Virus record (IMG/VR): IMGVR_UViG_3300020148_000032
Length of the DNA: 64,000 nt
Source: a virus
Lineage: Duplodnaviria > Caudoviricetes
Strand: one strand, 5' to 3'
Made by a program: the position numbers and the translations under genes. Positions within the stretch are counted from its first letter, which is position 1. Each line of letters opens with the position of its first letter. A model generated the notes under the pieces. It had not been told where the DNA came from, did not search any database, and saw only the letters and a program-made list of their open reading frames with translations. This document shows positions 46,361 to 54,838 of the stretch, piece after piece.

Positions 46361-47800
46361 TTACCCTAGATCCAAGTCAACATCATCGTCAAAGTTAAGA
46401 TCATCTTCATTAAGTTCATTAAGATAATCATCGTCAGTTAATCTTTGAACATCTTTACTCTTCAAAACCTCACGGAATAGAGACGTTTCAAGGTTAGAAT
46501 GACACCTAATAATCTTATTAGCTTCACCGCCACGATTCTTAGCAATAATTACTAAAGTGTGTGGAGTTGAATCATCTAAGCTTCTATCTCTGTGTAATAA
46601 TATTACAATATCAGAGTCTTGTGCGATAGCGCCTGACTCACGAATTTGGTCAAGCGTAGGAATAGCATTCTCATCATCTTTAGATTCACGATTAAGCTGA
46701 ACAAGAATCATAATAGGGACTTGTAATTGCTTTGCAAGTAACTTCATATTACGAGACATGTCAGCAACAGCTTCCTGTCGGCTAGAGAAACGACCAACTG
46801 GAGTAATCAACTGTAAATAGTCAACAATGACAAGATCTAAACCTTCTGGTGTTTGAGCCTGTCTTAGAGCTTTTGCTCTAATGCTGTCAATCGTCACTTT
46901 AGGTTCAGTATCCATAAGAATTTTCATCTTTGAAAAATCTTCAGTCTTTATTTTGAGAATTTCTTTATCCTCATCACTAAGATCACCTTTTTTGATTTTG
47001 CTAAGAGAGATACCAGTCATACTAGAAATAATACGGTCAGTAATTTCAACCTCACTCATTTCGAGAGAGAAAAACATCACTGATTTTCCAGCACTAGCTG
47101 CAGCCGTGGCGCTATTAACAGCAAAAATAGATTTACCAATACCAGTTCTCGCTCCAATAGTAATTAGCTGTCCAGGTAACCAACCAGTAGTATATCCATT
47201 CAAAGACGGAAGCAAACTAGGAATACCTTGAAGACCATTAGAGACTTGAGCATTTAGTTCACTAAGGCGTTTTCGTTCTTCAATTAAAGAGAAATATTCA
47301 CCAAGGTAATTATTGAATTGAACTGTAGTAGCGTCATCTGATAGAGAATAAAGGATACTATTAAGTTCTGAAAGAATGTCTGAGACCGCCTCATTAACTG
47401 ACACTCCACTGTCATCCTTAACAACGGTTCCTGCTTCTGAAAGGATATTTTGGACTTTTTTCCTTGTACTAAAAGTCTTTACAAGTTTTGCATAAATATT
47501 AGGTGGAGCTTCTAAAATGTATTTGCGACCTTCCTCTCGGAGAGCATATAACTCTTTAGTTCCTCCAGATTTTGCGAGGTTGCCCAATTCTTCCAGATTC
47601 ATTGCTATTGTTTCTGGAGTAACTTGCTCATCCTTACGAGCAATGTTAACTATTGATTGAAAAATAAGTTCTAGAGTTGGCTCTTGAATATCATCAGGAG
47701 TAACAATTTCAAGTACTCTGTTTACTTTTGAACCGTCATACAAAAGGGTAGCGATTAAACGTCGCTGCACCTGTTGGTAACGATCATTTTTTTCAGACAT
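46361..47800 (-). CDS. dnaB: Replicative DNA helicase
   Basis: GARTGIGKS, FSLEMS, VDYLQL, QLNR, RESGAIAQDSD, AKNRGG. Confidence 0.95.
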   Translation of the reverse strand: MSEKNDRYQQVQRRLIATLLYDGSKVNRVLEIVTPDDIQEPTLELIFQSIVNIARKDEQVTPETIAMNLEELGNLAKSGGTKELYALREEGRKYILEAPPNIYAKLVKTFSTRKKVQNILSEAGTVVKDDSGVSVNEAVSDILSELNSILYSLSDDATTVQFNNYLGEYFSLIEERKRLSELNAQVSNGLQGIPSLLPSLNGYTTGWLPGQLITIGARTGIGKSIFAVNSATAAASAGKSVMFFSLEMSEVEITDRIISSMTGISLSKIKKGDLSDEDKEILKIKTEDFSKMKILMDTEPKVTIDSIRAKALRQAQTPEGLDLVIVDYLQLITPVGRFSSRQEAVADMSRNMKLLAKQLQVPIMILVQLNRESKDDENAIPTLDQIRESGAIAQDSDIVILLHRDRSLDDSTPHTLVIIAKNRGGEANKIIRCHSNLETSLFREVLKSKDVQRLTDDDYLNELNEDDLNFDDDVDLDLG

Positions 47801-47864
47801 GAAAACCTCTTCTTTTTAAACCACATTTATTCTAACAAAAGAACTTGTTAAAACTGCTGTAAAA

Positions 47865-47898
47865 TAAAAATAGAGTGCCCGAAGGCACCCTATTTTTA
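47865..47898 (-). terminator. Intrinsic terminator
   Basis: GC stem, TTCG loop, T-tract. Confidence 0.8.
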
Positions 47899-47918
47899 GT
47901 GTGTTGTACTACTTTTAT

Positions 47919-49067
47919 TTACTTGTCAACTCGAAGATACTCGTTAATCTTGGGAAGGATTTCCTTAATGATGTACTGCTTGTTGTCATTACCAGTAACC
48001 TTCAAGTTGCTTAATTTCTTTGTCATATCCTGGAAGTAAGGAGCAACGTAGTTACCCTTACCCTGTTCAATGATGTGTGTCACAAGAGCGAGCACCTTAG
48101 GTGCGTTATCATCGTCAATAAGTTCAACAACAGAACGAAGAATAAGGCTCACATCGTTAAGAGAAATACTCTTCCAATTCACAGAAGCAGGGTTCTCAAT
48201 AACATCTTCAGGGTGGATAATGTCATTCTTACGAAGCCAATCCCTGAAAGCCGTACCTGCTGATGCACCGATAAGACCAAAAGCTACAAGATCCTGAGCT
48301 TCAGTTCGGTCACCAGCAAAGGGGAGAACCTTTGCAAGGTTATCCCAAGAACGACGAGAAGCCCATGCGTTTCGGTAAACAGTCATATCTGAAGGGTCAG
48401 ACTCGTTAATACCATAAGTATTAGGGTTAGAACTAGTAGAATTCTCGCGGTGAAGATATGAAGGGTTATCCATAATAAACCGAGTGATGAGTCGACGCCA
48501 GCGCATTTCCTCGTCCGAAACCTTCTCGTTCCACGCCCTATTCATACCGTCAATCCAAGCATCCATAGTAGGAGACCAAGAAATCCAAAGAATACGATTA
48601 GTAGTGGGGCTGTCAAGATCATAACCGTCGGCAGCCTGATCAGTAGGATTCATGGCTCCAATAACAATGGTTTCTTTCGGCATTGTCTCACCGTTAGGGA
48701 ACTCACGATTCTGTAGAAGTGTTAGCATCGAAGCGCGAGTAGCGGGTGAGGTATTAGAGAACTCATCAAGGAAGAGAATAACCTTCTTCTTTTGAAGAAC
48801 CTTAACCTGCCACCAAGGAGCAAGATTAACAGTACCAAAAATTGGAGTTCCGTCTTCTGCCTCCATCACTGGAGCTCCCTTAGGGAGACCAACGATATCA
48901 GTAGGGTCCATCTGAGAACCGATAAGGGTAATGAGTTCGTAGTTCATTTCCTTAGCGATTGATCGAATTGTGGCAGTTTTAGTGGTACCGGGTGCTCCAA
49001 CAAGAACTGCAGGAATGCGCGCCCGCATGGCAGACTTTAAAGCAACCTCTTGAAGACTAATGCTCAT
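47919..49067 (-). CDS. MoxR-like AAA+ ATPase
   Basis: GAPGTTKT, DIVGLP, FLDEF, AMNP, RSWD. Confidence 0.85.
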   Translation of the reverse strand: MSISLQEVALKSAMRARIPAVLVGAPGTTKTATIRSIAKEMNYELITLIGSQMDPTDIVGLPKGAPVMEAEDGTPIFGTVNLAPWWQVKVLQKKKVILFLDEFSNTSPATRASMLTLLQNREFPNGETMPKETIVIGAMNPTDQAADGYDLDSPTTNRILWISWSPTMDAWIDGMNRAWNEKVSDEEMRWRRLITRFIMDNPSYLHRENSTSSNPNTYGINESDPSDMTVYRNAWASRRSWDNLAKVLPFAGDRTEAQDLVAFGLIGASAGTAFRDWLRKNDIIHPEDVIENPASVNWKSISLNDVSLILRSVVELIDDDNAPKVLALVTHIIEQGKGNYVAPYFQDMTKKLSNLKVTGNDNKQYIIKEILPKINEYLRVDK

Positions 49068-49150
49068 GAGAATCCTTTCAATAAAGTATTACAACAACAC
49101 ATGTCTCATGTTATCATGTTTTTAGAAATGTGTCAAATATACTCTTATAA

Positions 49151-49180
49151 TAAAAAAGCGACCCGAAAGTCGCTTTTTTA
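49151..49180 (-). terminator. Intrinsic terminator after recA
   Basis: GCGAC stem flanked by A/T tracts. Confidence 0.8.
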
Positions 49181-49196
49181 TATTGTTTTCTACAAT

Positions 49197-50297
49197 TTAG
49201 TCCTCTGAACTTTCATCAAGTTCAACATCGGACTCCTCAGAACCTTCACCGCCAGGTGAAAGTAAAGAGGCTTCAATAGCCTTTGCAAGAGCGACCGAGA
49301 GCCTGCTTTGAAGCTCTGAATCACCTTCAATCTTAGCAATAGCGTCAGCCTTGCTACTAGCGATAGGTTCACCAGTTTCAGTCTCAATGTAACTTCTTGC
49401 ATTAGGCTTAGTAATAACACCGTAATTTGGACCAACTTCTACCATTTCAGCGGCTTTGTTAATTCCTTGATTGAATGTAAGTACAGTAGGAGCTTCTTGG
49501 AAGGGTGGAGCAATCTTGTTTTTTACAATCTTTATCTTTACTTCGGTTCCGATAACCTTAGTTCCTTCTTTCACTTGACCCTTTCGGCGAATGTCAATTC
49601 TTTGGCTAGCGAAGAACTTCAAAGCCTTACCACCAGTAGTAGTTTCAGGGTTACCAAGAACGAAACCTACTTTTTCACGAAGCTGATTAATGAAAATAAC
49701 AGTACACTTGTTCTTGTTTGCAGTGTTAGCGAGTTTCTTCAATGAACGTGAGAGAATACGAGCAAGAAGAGCCATATTCTGATCTTCAAGAGTTCCTTCG
49801 AATTCAGCCTTAGGGACAAGTGCGGCGACCGAGTCAACAACAATAATATCCACTGAACCGCTAGCAGCAAGCTGTTCAACAAGCTCTAGAGCCTGTTCTG
49901 CATAATCAGGCTGAGCAATACCAAGACGACTCATGTCAACACCAAGTTTAGTTGCATAAGCCGGGTCAAGGGCATTTTCAAGGTCGATAAAAACAGCATT
50001 TCCGCCATTTTTCTGGACGTTACCTACAGCTGTAAGAGCAATAGAAGTTTTACCTGAAGCTTCTGGTCCATAAATTTCAATGATACGGCCGACTGGAAGG
50101 CCACCACCAGCGAGCGAATCAAGAACAAGACTTCCAGATGAAATAGTCTCGACACGGCGAGATTTATCACCAAATAATGTGACAAGTTTGTCACCCTGCT
50201 CAGTCTTGAATTGATTATTGATTGTTTTGAGTGCTGCTTCAAAAGCCTCAATTTTTGAAAGTGCGCCGTCAGTACCGGCCTCTCGTTTAGTTGCCAT
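49197..50297 (-). CDS. recA: Recombinase A
   Basis: GRIIEIYGPEASGKT, VDSVAAL, INQLREKVG, GGKALKF. Confidence 0.97.
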   Translation of the reverse strand: MATKREAGTDGALSKIEAFEAALKTINNQFKTEQGDKLVTLFGDKSRRVETISSGSLVLDSLAGGGLPVGRIIEIYGPEASGKTSIALTAVGNVQKNGGNAVFIDLENALDPAYATKLGVDMSRLGIAQPDYAEQALELVEQLAASGSVDIIVVDSVAALVPKAEFEGTLEDQNMALLARILSRSLKKLANTANKNKCTVIFINQLREKVGFVLGNPETTTGGKALKFFASQRIDIRRKGQVKEGTKVIGTEVKIKIVKNKIAPPFQEAPTVLTFNQGINKAAEMVEVGPNYGVITKPNARSYIETETGEPIASSKADAIAKIEGDSELQSRLSVALAKAIEASLLSPGGEGSEESDVELDESSED

Positions 50298-50571
50298 TTT
50301 ATTTCCTACTTACCTTAGTGTTGATTACTTTCTATTGAGAGAAATGTAATACTATTCTACCAAAAATAGGTTTCTAAACTGAATCTCTCGCAAACTTTTT
50401 AAAACTCCAAGTTGGCTTCTATGCGAAAATGAGAACAAAAAACATTAAAGTTGCTGAACTATACAGAAAACAGATTTTCTTTAAAAAATCGAAAATATTC
50501 TAAAGAATGTCAGCTATACACACGTAATAGTGTTATTATAGCTGACATTCTTAGTTTAAAAAGTGAGATTA

Positions 50572-52041
50572 TCACTTTTTCTTAATAGATGCGGAAATAT
50601 CAATGACTGTTGCTAATTTTTTAACAGAATTAGGAATTGCATGAAAAGAATCCTCAGAAGTAATCAGGATAATGGACTTATAACTACCATGTGACTCGGA
50701 AAGTTCGCGCTCGACTCTACTCCAATCAGTAAAACCGTCAGTCGCGAGCACGAAAACATCGGGGCTCTTCCTCTTTGGTAAAGAATTAATGAACTTGAAA
50801 GCAACACTCATGTCAGTGCCGCCACCACCAGCGAGGTTTACCTGATCATAAGATCTAACAAGCTCAATCTTTTCAACCTGAGTAGTGACACAAAAAACTC
50901 CCACTCCATTCTTATTCTTCGAAAGAGTCTTAAGAATAGAATTAATTTCTGCAAAAGCATTTGCATAATCTTTAGAACTCATAGAGCCGCTAGTATCAAG
51001 ACCAATAATAGCGGTCGGCGTATACTGCACGACTCCAGGGAACACGTATTCACTATTAGCAAAACGGCGATTAGATCTCTTGTAAGAGTAATCAACACGA
51101 CCGCGCACAACATTCTCAAATGAACGAGAGAGAGCGCTTCGGAAAAGTGTTACCCATGAAACCTTAGGTGGTTCAAGTCGATCAAGAGCAACCTGTAAGA
51201 AATCATGCATGTAATCACTACCAAAATTCTTTGACTTCTTCAATTCCTCAACAATGCGTGCCCTTGCATTTTGCTTCATCACGGTTTGTTCAGCTTTAGA
51301 AGCCTGTTCAATACCTGCATTGTCAGCGGCTTCTGACCTCTGTGAAGTGGGGACAGCACATGTATAAGGAGTCTCACCATCTTTATTTCCATTGTTTTTA
51401 GAGTTTGAAGATGAGCCATTAGATTCAGATCCATCACCTTCAGATTCGCCTGAAGATGAACCTTCTCCATCCATTGGAATTCCGGCGCCTGATTGAGGTT
51501 CTCCAACTGAATCAGACATTTCGCCAAGAAGTTTCTCCAACTCAGCCTTCTTTTCCTCATCGTTCATATCTTCATTAAGAAGATAAATATACTGCTCCAT
51601 CGTAAGATCAAGAGGATAATTAAAAGGTTTCTTGTCAGGCATAATTGCAGAACCAAGGTCGATCTTTCGGACTCTAGAAAGCGAAGAGTTAATTTCGAAA
51701 TCTCCACCAATATTCATGAGTTCCATCTTGTACCCATTAGTACGAGCGCGAGCAAAATGATTATTAAGAACGTGCATCACTTCATGAAGAACAATAGCGC
51801 CACGCATTCTCACATTCTGCTCGAAAAACCAAGGCCCTAAACCGACTCGAGCGTGTTCGTCCGTATAAGCAGTAGAGCAACTCCCATCAAAGAACGGTCG
51901 CAAAAGTGCAACACCATCACGAAATGCTGGAACACAATCCAAAGCCATAGAAACAGACTGAGAGTAAAGTTCTGTTTCTCTTTCATTAAGCTTGCGAACA
52001 AGTGAATCTAGATTCACAAACATAGCTTTCGAAGAGTCCAT
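50572..52041 (-). CDS. DUF2201-type HExxH metallopeptidase-like + vWA protein
   Basis: HEVMH, DFEIN, DTSGS, GGGGTD, TDG. Confidence 0.85.
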   Translation of the reverse strand: MDSSKAMFVNLDSLVRKLNERETELYSQSVSMALDCVPAFRDGVALLRPFFDGSCSTAYTDEHARVGLGPWFFEQNVRMRGAIVLHEVMHVLNNHFARARTNGYKMELMNIGGDFEINSSLSRVRKIDLGSAIMPDKKPFNYPLDLTMEQYIYLLNEDMNDEEKKAELEKLLGEMSDSVGEPQSGAGIPMDGEGSSSGESEGDGSESNGSSSNSKNNGNKDGETPYTCAVPTSQRSEAADNAGIEQASKAEQTVMKQNARARIVEELKKSKNFGSDYMHDFLQVALDRLEPPKVSWVTLFRSALSRSFENVVRGRVDYSYKRSNRRFANSEYVFPGVVQYTPTAIIGLDTSGSMSSKDYANAFAEINSILKTLSKNKNGVGVFCVTTQVEKIELVRSYDQVNLAGGGGTDMSVAFKFINSLPKRKSPDVFVLATDGFTDWSRVERELSESHGSYKSIILITSEDSFHAIPNSVKKLATVIDISASIKKK

Positions 52042-52131
52042 TGTTTACTCCTTTTAATAAGACCAATAAAACTACTATATCATAATAGTCGCGGTTAAGC
52101 AATATTAAATAACTTAACCGCGACTATTAAT

Positions 52132-53145
52132 TTAGATACCGTGCTTTAGAAGGTATCCATTAGAGATGATCTTGAAATTAGCGTTCCGATCCATCCATTC
52201 TGGAGGGTTACCCACAATGTGGAAAACGATACCTTCATCTCGAACATCCTTAGTAACAGAACCCTTAAGTTCAGCCACCTTAGAAATCATTTCATCAAGA
52301 CTTCCATTAGGCTTCCACTCTTCATTGAGAAGAGGAGCTGACACTTCGAGAACCTCCTGTGGCCAATCAGTTCGATTAAGCTTCTGACCATTCATCCAAA
52401 TTGCAAAAACGAATGGACGTTGTTCATTAAGCTTAAGGCGATTCTTTTGAATCCCAGGACCAGCAAGTTCGAACTGAATAGACATTCCAAGGTTCTTCTC
52501 AAGAACATCAATAAGACCGAATCGTTCAGCAATCTTGAAACCAGCAGATTCGTTAGTTAACTCCCAATTACGAGAGAAAATACGCAGATTTCCATTATCA
52601 TTCACAAGAGTCTGACTAGTTCCATCGACCTTAACTGTTGCCTCCCAATCAAGATTTACAATTTCATTCCAATGGTCAGCAAGAGTCTGCACTCGAATAG
52701 CGTCAGACTTGGGCGCCCAACGAGTATCAAAAGGTCCAATAATTTCTCCAGAAACAGGAATTGGTTCTTCATACTTGAGAACATTCACCATTTCAGTGAT
52801 ATCAGTATCAACATCGTAGGTGTTTGGAATGCCTAGAGTATTGAGTCCCATAATAAGACCTTGAGAAACCACTCCTCGAAGCTTAATAGTCTTTACTACA
52901 TGACCCTTAACTTCCTGACCGTCACGATTGAGTTCCTTCTGGCCGCGCACTTGGAAATTTTCGTATGCGGGTACATCTTCAGGAAGGAAGGAGTCGACTT
53001 CAAAGTAAGCAATCTTTTCACCTACAGCGAACTCACCCTTCTGAACAACAATATTCCAACCCTTCACTCGAGCAGTCTCAATTCGATCTGCATCTGGAAT
53101 TGGAGTAATAGATTCAATCACTTGAATAGTAACAAGCTTTCGCAT
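52132..53145 (-). CDS. RNA ligase, DRB0094/Rnl5 family
   Basis: MRKLVTIQ..IPDADRIE N-domain; KVDG, EGIVF, FKIIS..YLLK. Confidence 0.9.
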   Translation of the reverse strand: MRKLVTIQVIESITPIPDADRIETARVKGWNIVVQKGEFAVGEKIAYFEVDSFLPEDVPAYENFQVRGQKELNRDGQEVKGHVVKTIKLRGVVSQGLIMGLNTLGIPNTYDVDTDITEMVNVLKYEEPIPVSGEIIGPFDTRWAPKSDAIRVQTLADHWNEIVNLDWEATVKVDGTSQTLVNDNGNLRIFSRNWELTNESAGFKIAERFGLIDVLEKNLGMSIQFELAGPGIQKNRLKLNEQRPFVFAIWMNGQKLNRTDWPQEVLEVSAPLLNEEWKPNGSLDEMISKVAELKGSVTKDVRDEGIVFHIVGNPPEWMDRNANFKIISNGYLLKHGI

Positions 53146-53296
53146 TTTAATACCTTTCACTAGTTCTTTTTAGTTGGGGGAGCCAGTAAATAAATAAATA
53201 TTCACGTTTCTATTATACTACTTTTTAAAAGAAAGTCAAACTTCTTCTCTTACTCTTTAAGCGACCTCAAATGAGGCCGCTTAAAGAGCGTTTTAA

Positions 53297-53503
53297 TTAA
53301 AGCTTATTACCGCCACCGCGAATAATAAGAACGGCCGCTCGAATAGCATCATCTTCATGATTCTTGAAGTCGTCCTCAAGGTTCTTGAAAGCCTTCGGCT
53401 CGCTGTTCTTAAAAAGGATTACCTTGGCGCGCGGCTTGTCCCACATGAGCTCAACATTCGCCGGAACGTCAATAGGAAGAATACTCGTAATATTTTCCAT
53501 CAT
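53297..53503 (-). CDS. Hypothetical protein
   Basis: GAAAGGA RBS; downstream hairpin. Confidence 0.65.
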   Translation of the reverse strand: MMENITSILPIDVPANVELMWDKPRAKVILFKNSEPKAFKNLEDDFKNHEDDAIRAAVLIIRGGGNKL

Positions 53504-53568
53504 TAAATCCTTTCAATCACCATCATTATAGTTTTATTATACACATTCTTTATCAAAAGTAAAACTTA

Positions 53569-53883
53569 TTAAGAGTCAATATTAACAAGTACATAAGAGG
53601 CGCTAGTAGCAAAAGTATTTTCAATGATTCCATTTGCATAATCGAGTATGTCCGATTGGTCGTATTCCCCTAAAGTGCTAGGGTCCACATGAATAACAAG
53701 ACCATTATCACCAAGATTAGCGTATTCAGAATCATCTGTAGTTACTCTTACATCAACACCAGAAAACTTTGATTCTATAGAGGACTCAAGGAAAGAAGTT
53801 TCCTTTGATGTAAACCCACCATTAGAGCAAGCTGCTAAAAGGATAGCCCCTAATGCGATAGTGCTTAACATTTTGATTTTCAT
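53569..53883 (-). CDS. Lipoprotein
   Basis: Lipobox LAAC after signal peptide. Confidence 0.8.
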   Translation of the reverse strand: MKIKMLSTIALGAILLAACSNGGFTSKETSFLESSIESKFSGVDVRVTTDDSEYANLGDNGLVIHVDPSTLGEYDQSDILDYANGIIENTFATSASYVLVNIDS

Positions 53884-53893
53884 TTATTTTCCT

Positions 53894-54577
53894 TTACATA
53901 GTAAAAAGATTAATAGGTTCGTCTATTTCTATTTTATCATCGTTCCAGCTAGGTGGAGCAAGAAAGCAAGAAATATTACTTTTTCGTGCGAGTTCTATAG
54001 TTTTAGACTTAAATTCTACAGCAATGAGAACTCCCTTGAAAGCTCTTTCTGGAAACCTTTCATTCAACGCCTCAAGATATCTCTTTACCTGACCAACACT
54101 GTTAAGAGACGCCCAACGTTTAACTTCTATTACTAATTCTTCATCAGAATCTTCAAGGTCGGCAATAATATCTACTGGGCCTGCTCCTGTTTCAAACTCT
54201 CTTGACCTAAAAACAGCACCGGGAATAATAGAGTCAAGATTTTCTGAAAGCCATAATTGTAATTGTGACTCAGTTTTATCACGGATAAGACCTGGATCAT
54301 CTGTACCTATATCGAAATTAGTGTCTTGATAAGTTTCATGGAGAGTCACTAATAGAGATTCATCCTTAGAGTAGAATTCAAGGAGTCTCTCTCCATTTAC
54401 ATCTTTTTCTTCGAAAGAGCGTGTCATCATCATGTAGTTAAGAGGTTTATATCCTTTTTCATTATGAACACTTACTGAACCGTCATTTTTAATAAGAAGC
54501 ATTCGTTTATAAGGAGGTAAATATGACTCTCCTCTTCCAGAATAAACAACTGAAAGCTCAGCAATAATAACTCTCAC
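53894..54577 (-). CDS. nucS: Mismatch endonuclease NucS/EndoMS
   Basis: Y.GR..L..K.DGSVSVH..YKPLN, REFETGAGPVDI, IEVKR, QVKRY. Confidence 0.92.
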   Translation of the reverse strand: MRVIIAELSVVYSGRGESYLPPYKRMLLIKNDGSVSVHNEKGYKPLNYMMMTRSFEEKDVNGERLLEFYSKDESLLVTLHETYQDTNFDIGTDDPGLIRDKTESQLQLWLSENLDSIIPGAVFRSREFETGAGPVDIIADLEDSDEELVIEVKRWASLNSVGQVKRYLEALNERFPERAFKGVLIAVEFKSKTIELARKSNISCFLAPPSWNDDKIEIDEPINLFTM

Positions 54578-54838
54578 GAGAGTAACTCCTTAAATAACGA
54601 TGAGTTTATTTTATCGAAAATGTAAGAATAAACTTCTCTCACTAGAAAAGGCACTCGATTAGGAATGCCTTTTCTAGATTATAGAGACCTTATGATTCAG
54701 ATCCAATGTAGAATGGATTTTCGACATCCTACTATTGTTGAACCTTTATGAAAGCTCTTTTTCATTTAACTATTCCTAGTGAGTTATTTTTTACGTTCCT
54801 TAAAGGATATCAGGTTTTTGAATAAATTATACCAGATT

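Noticed and set aside
50572-52041. Ro60/TROVE partner for the Y-like RNAs
   Set aside because: vWA domain is preceded by an HExxH DUF2201-type domain, not TROVE
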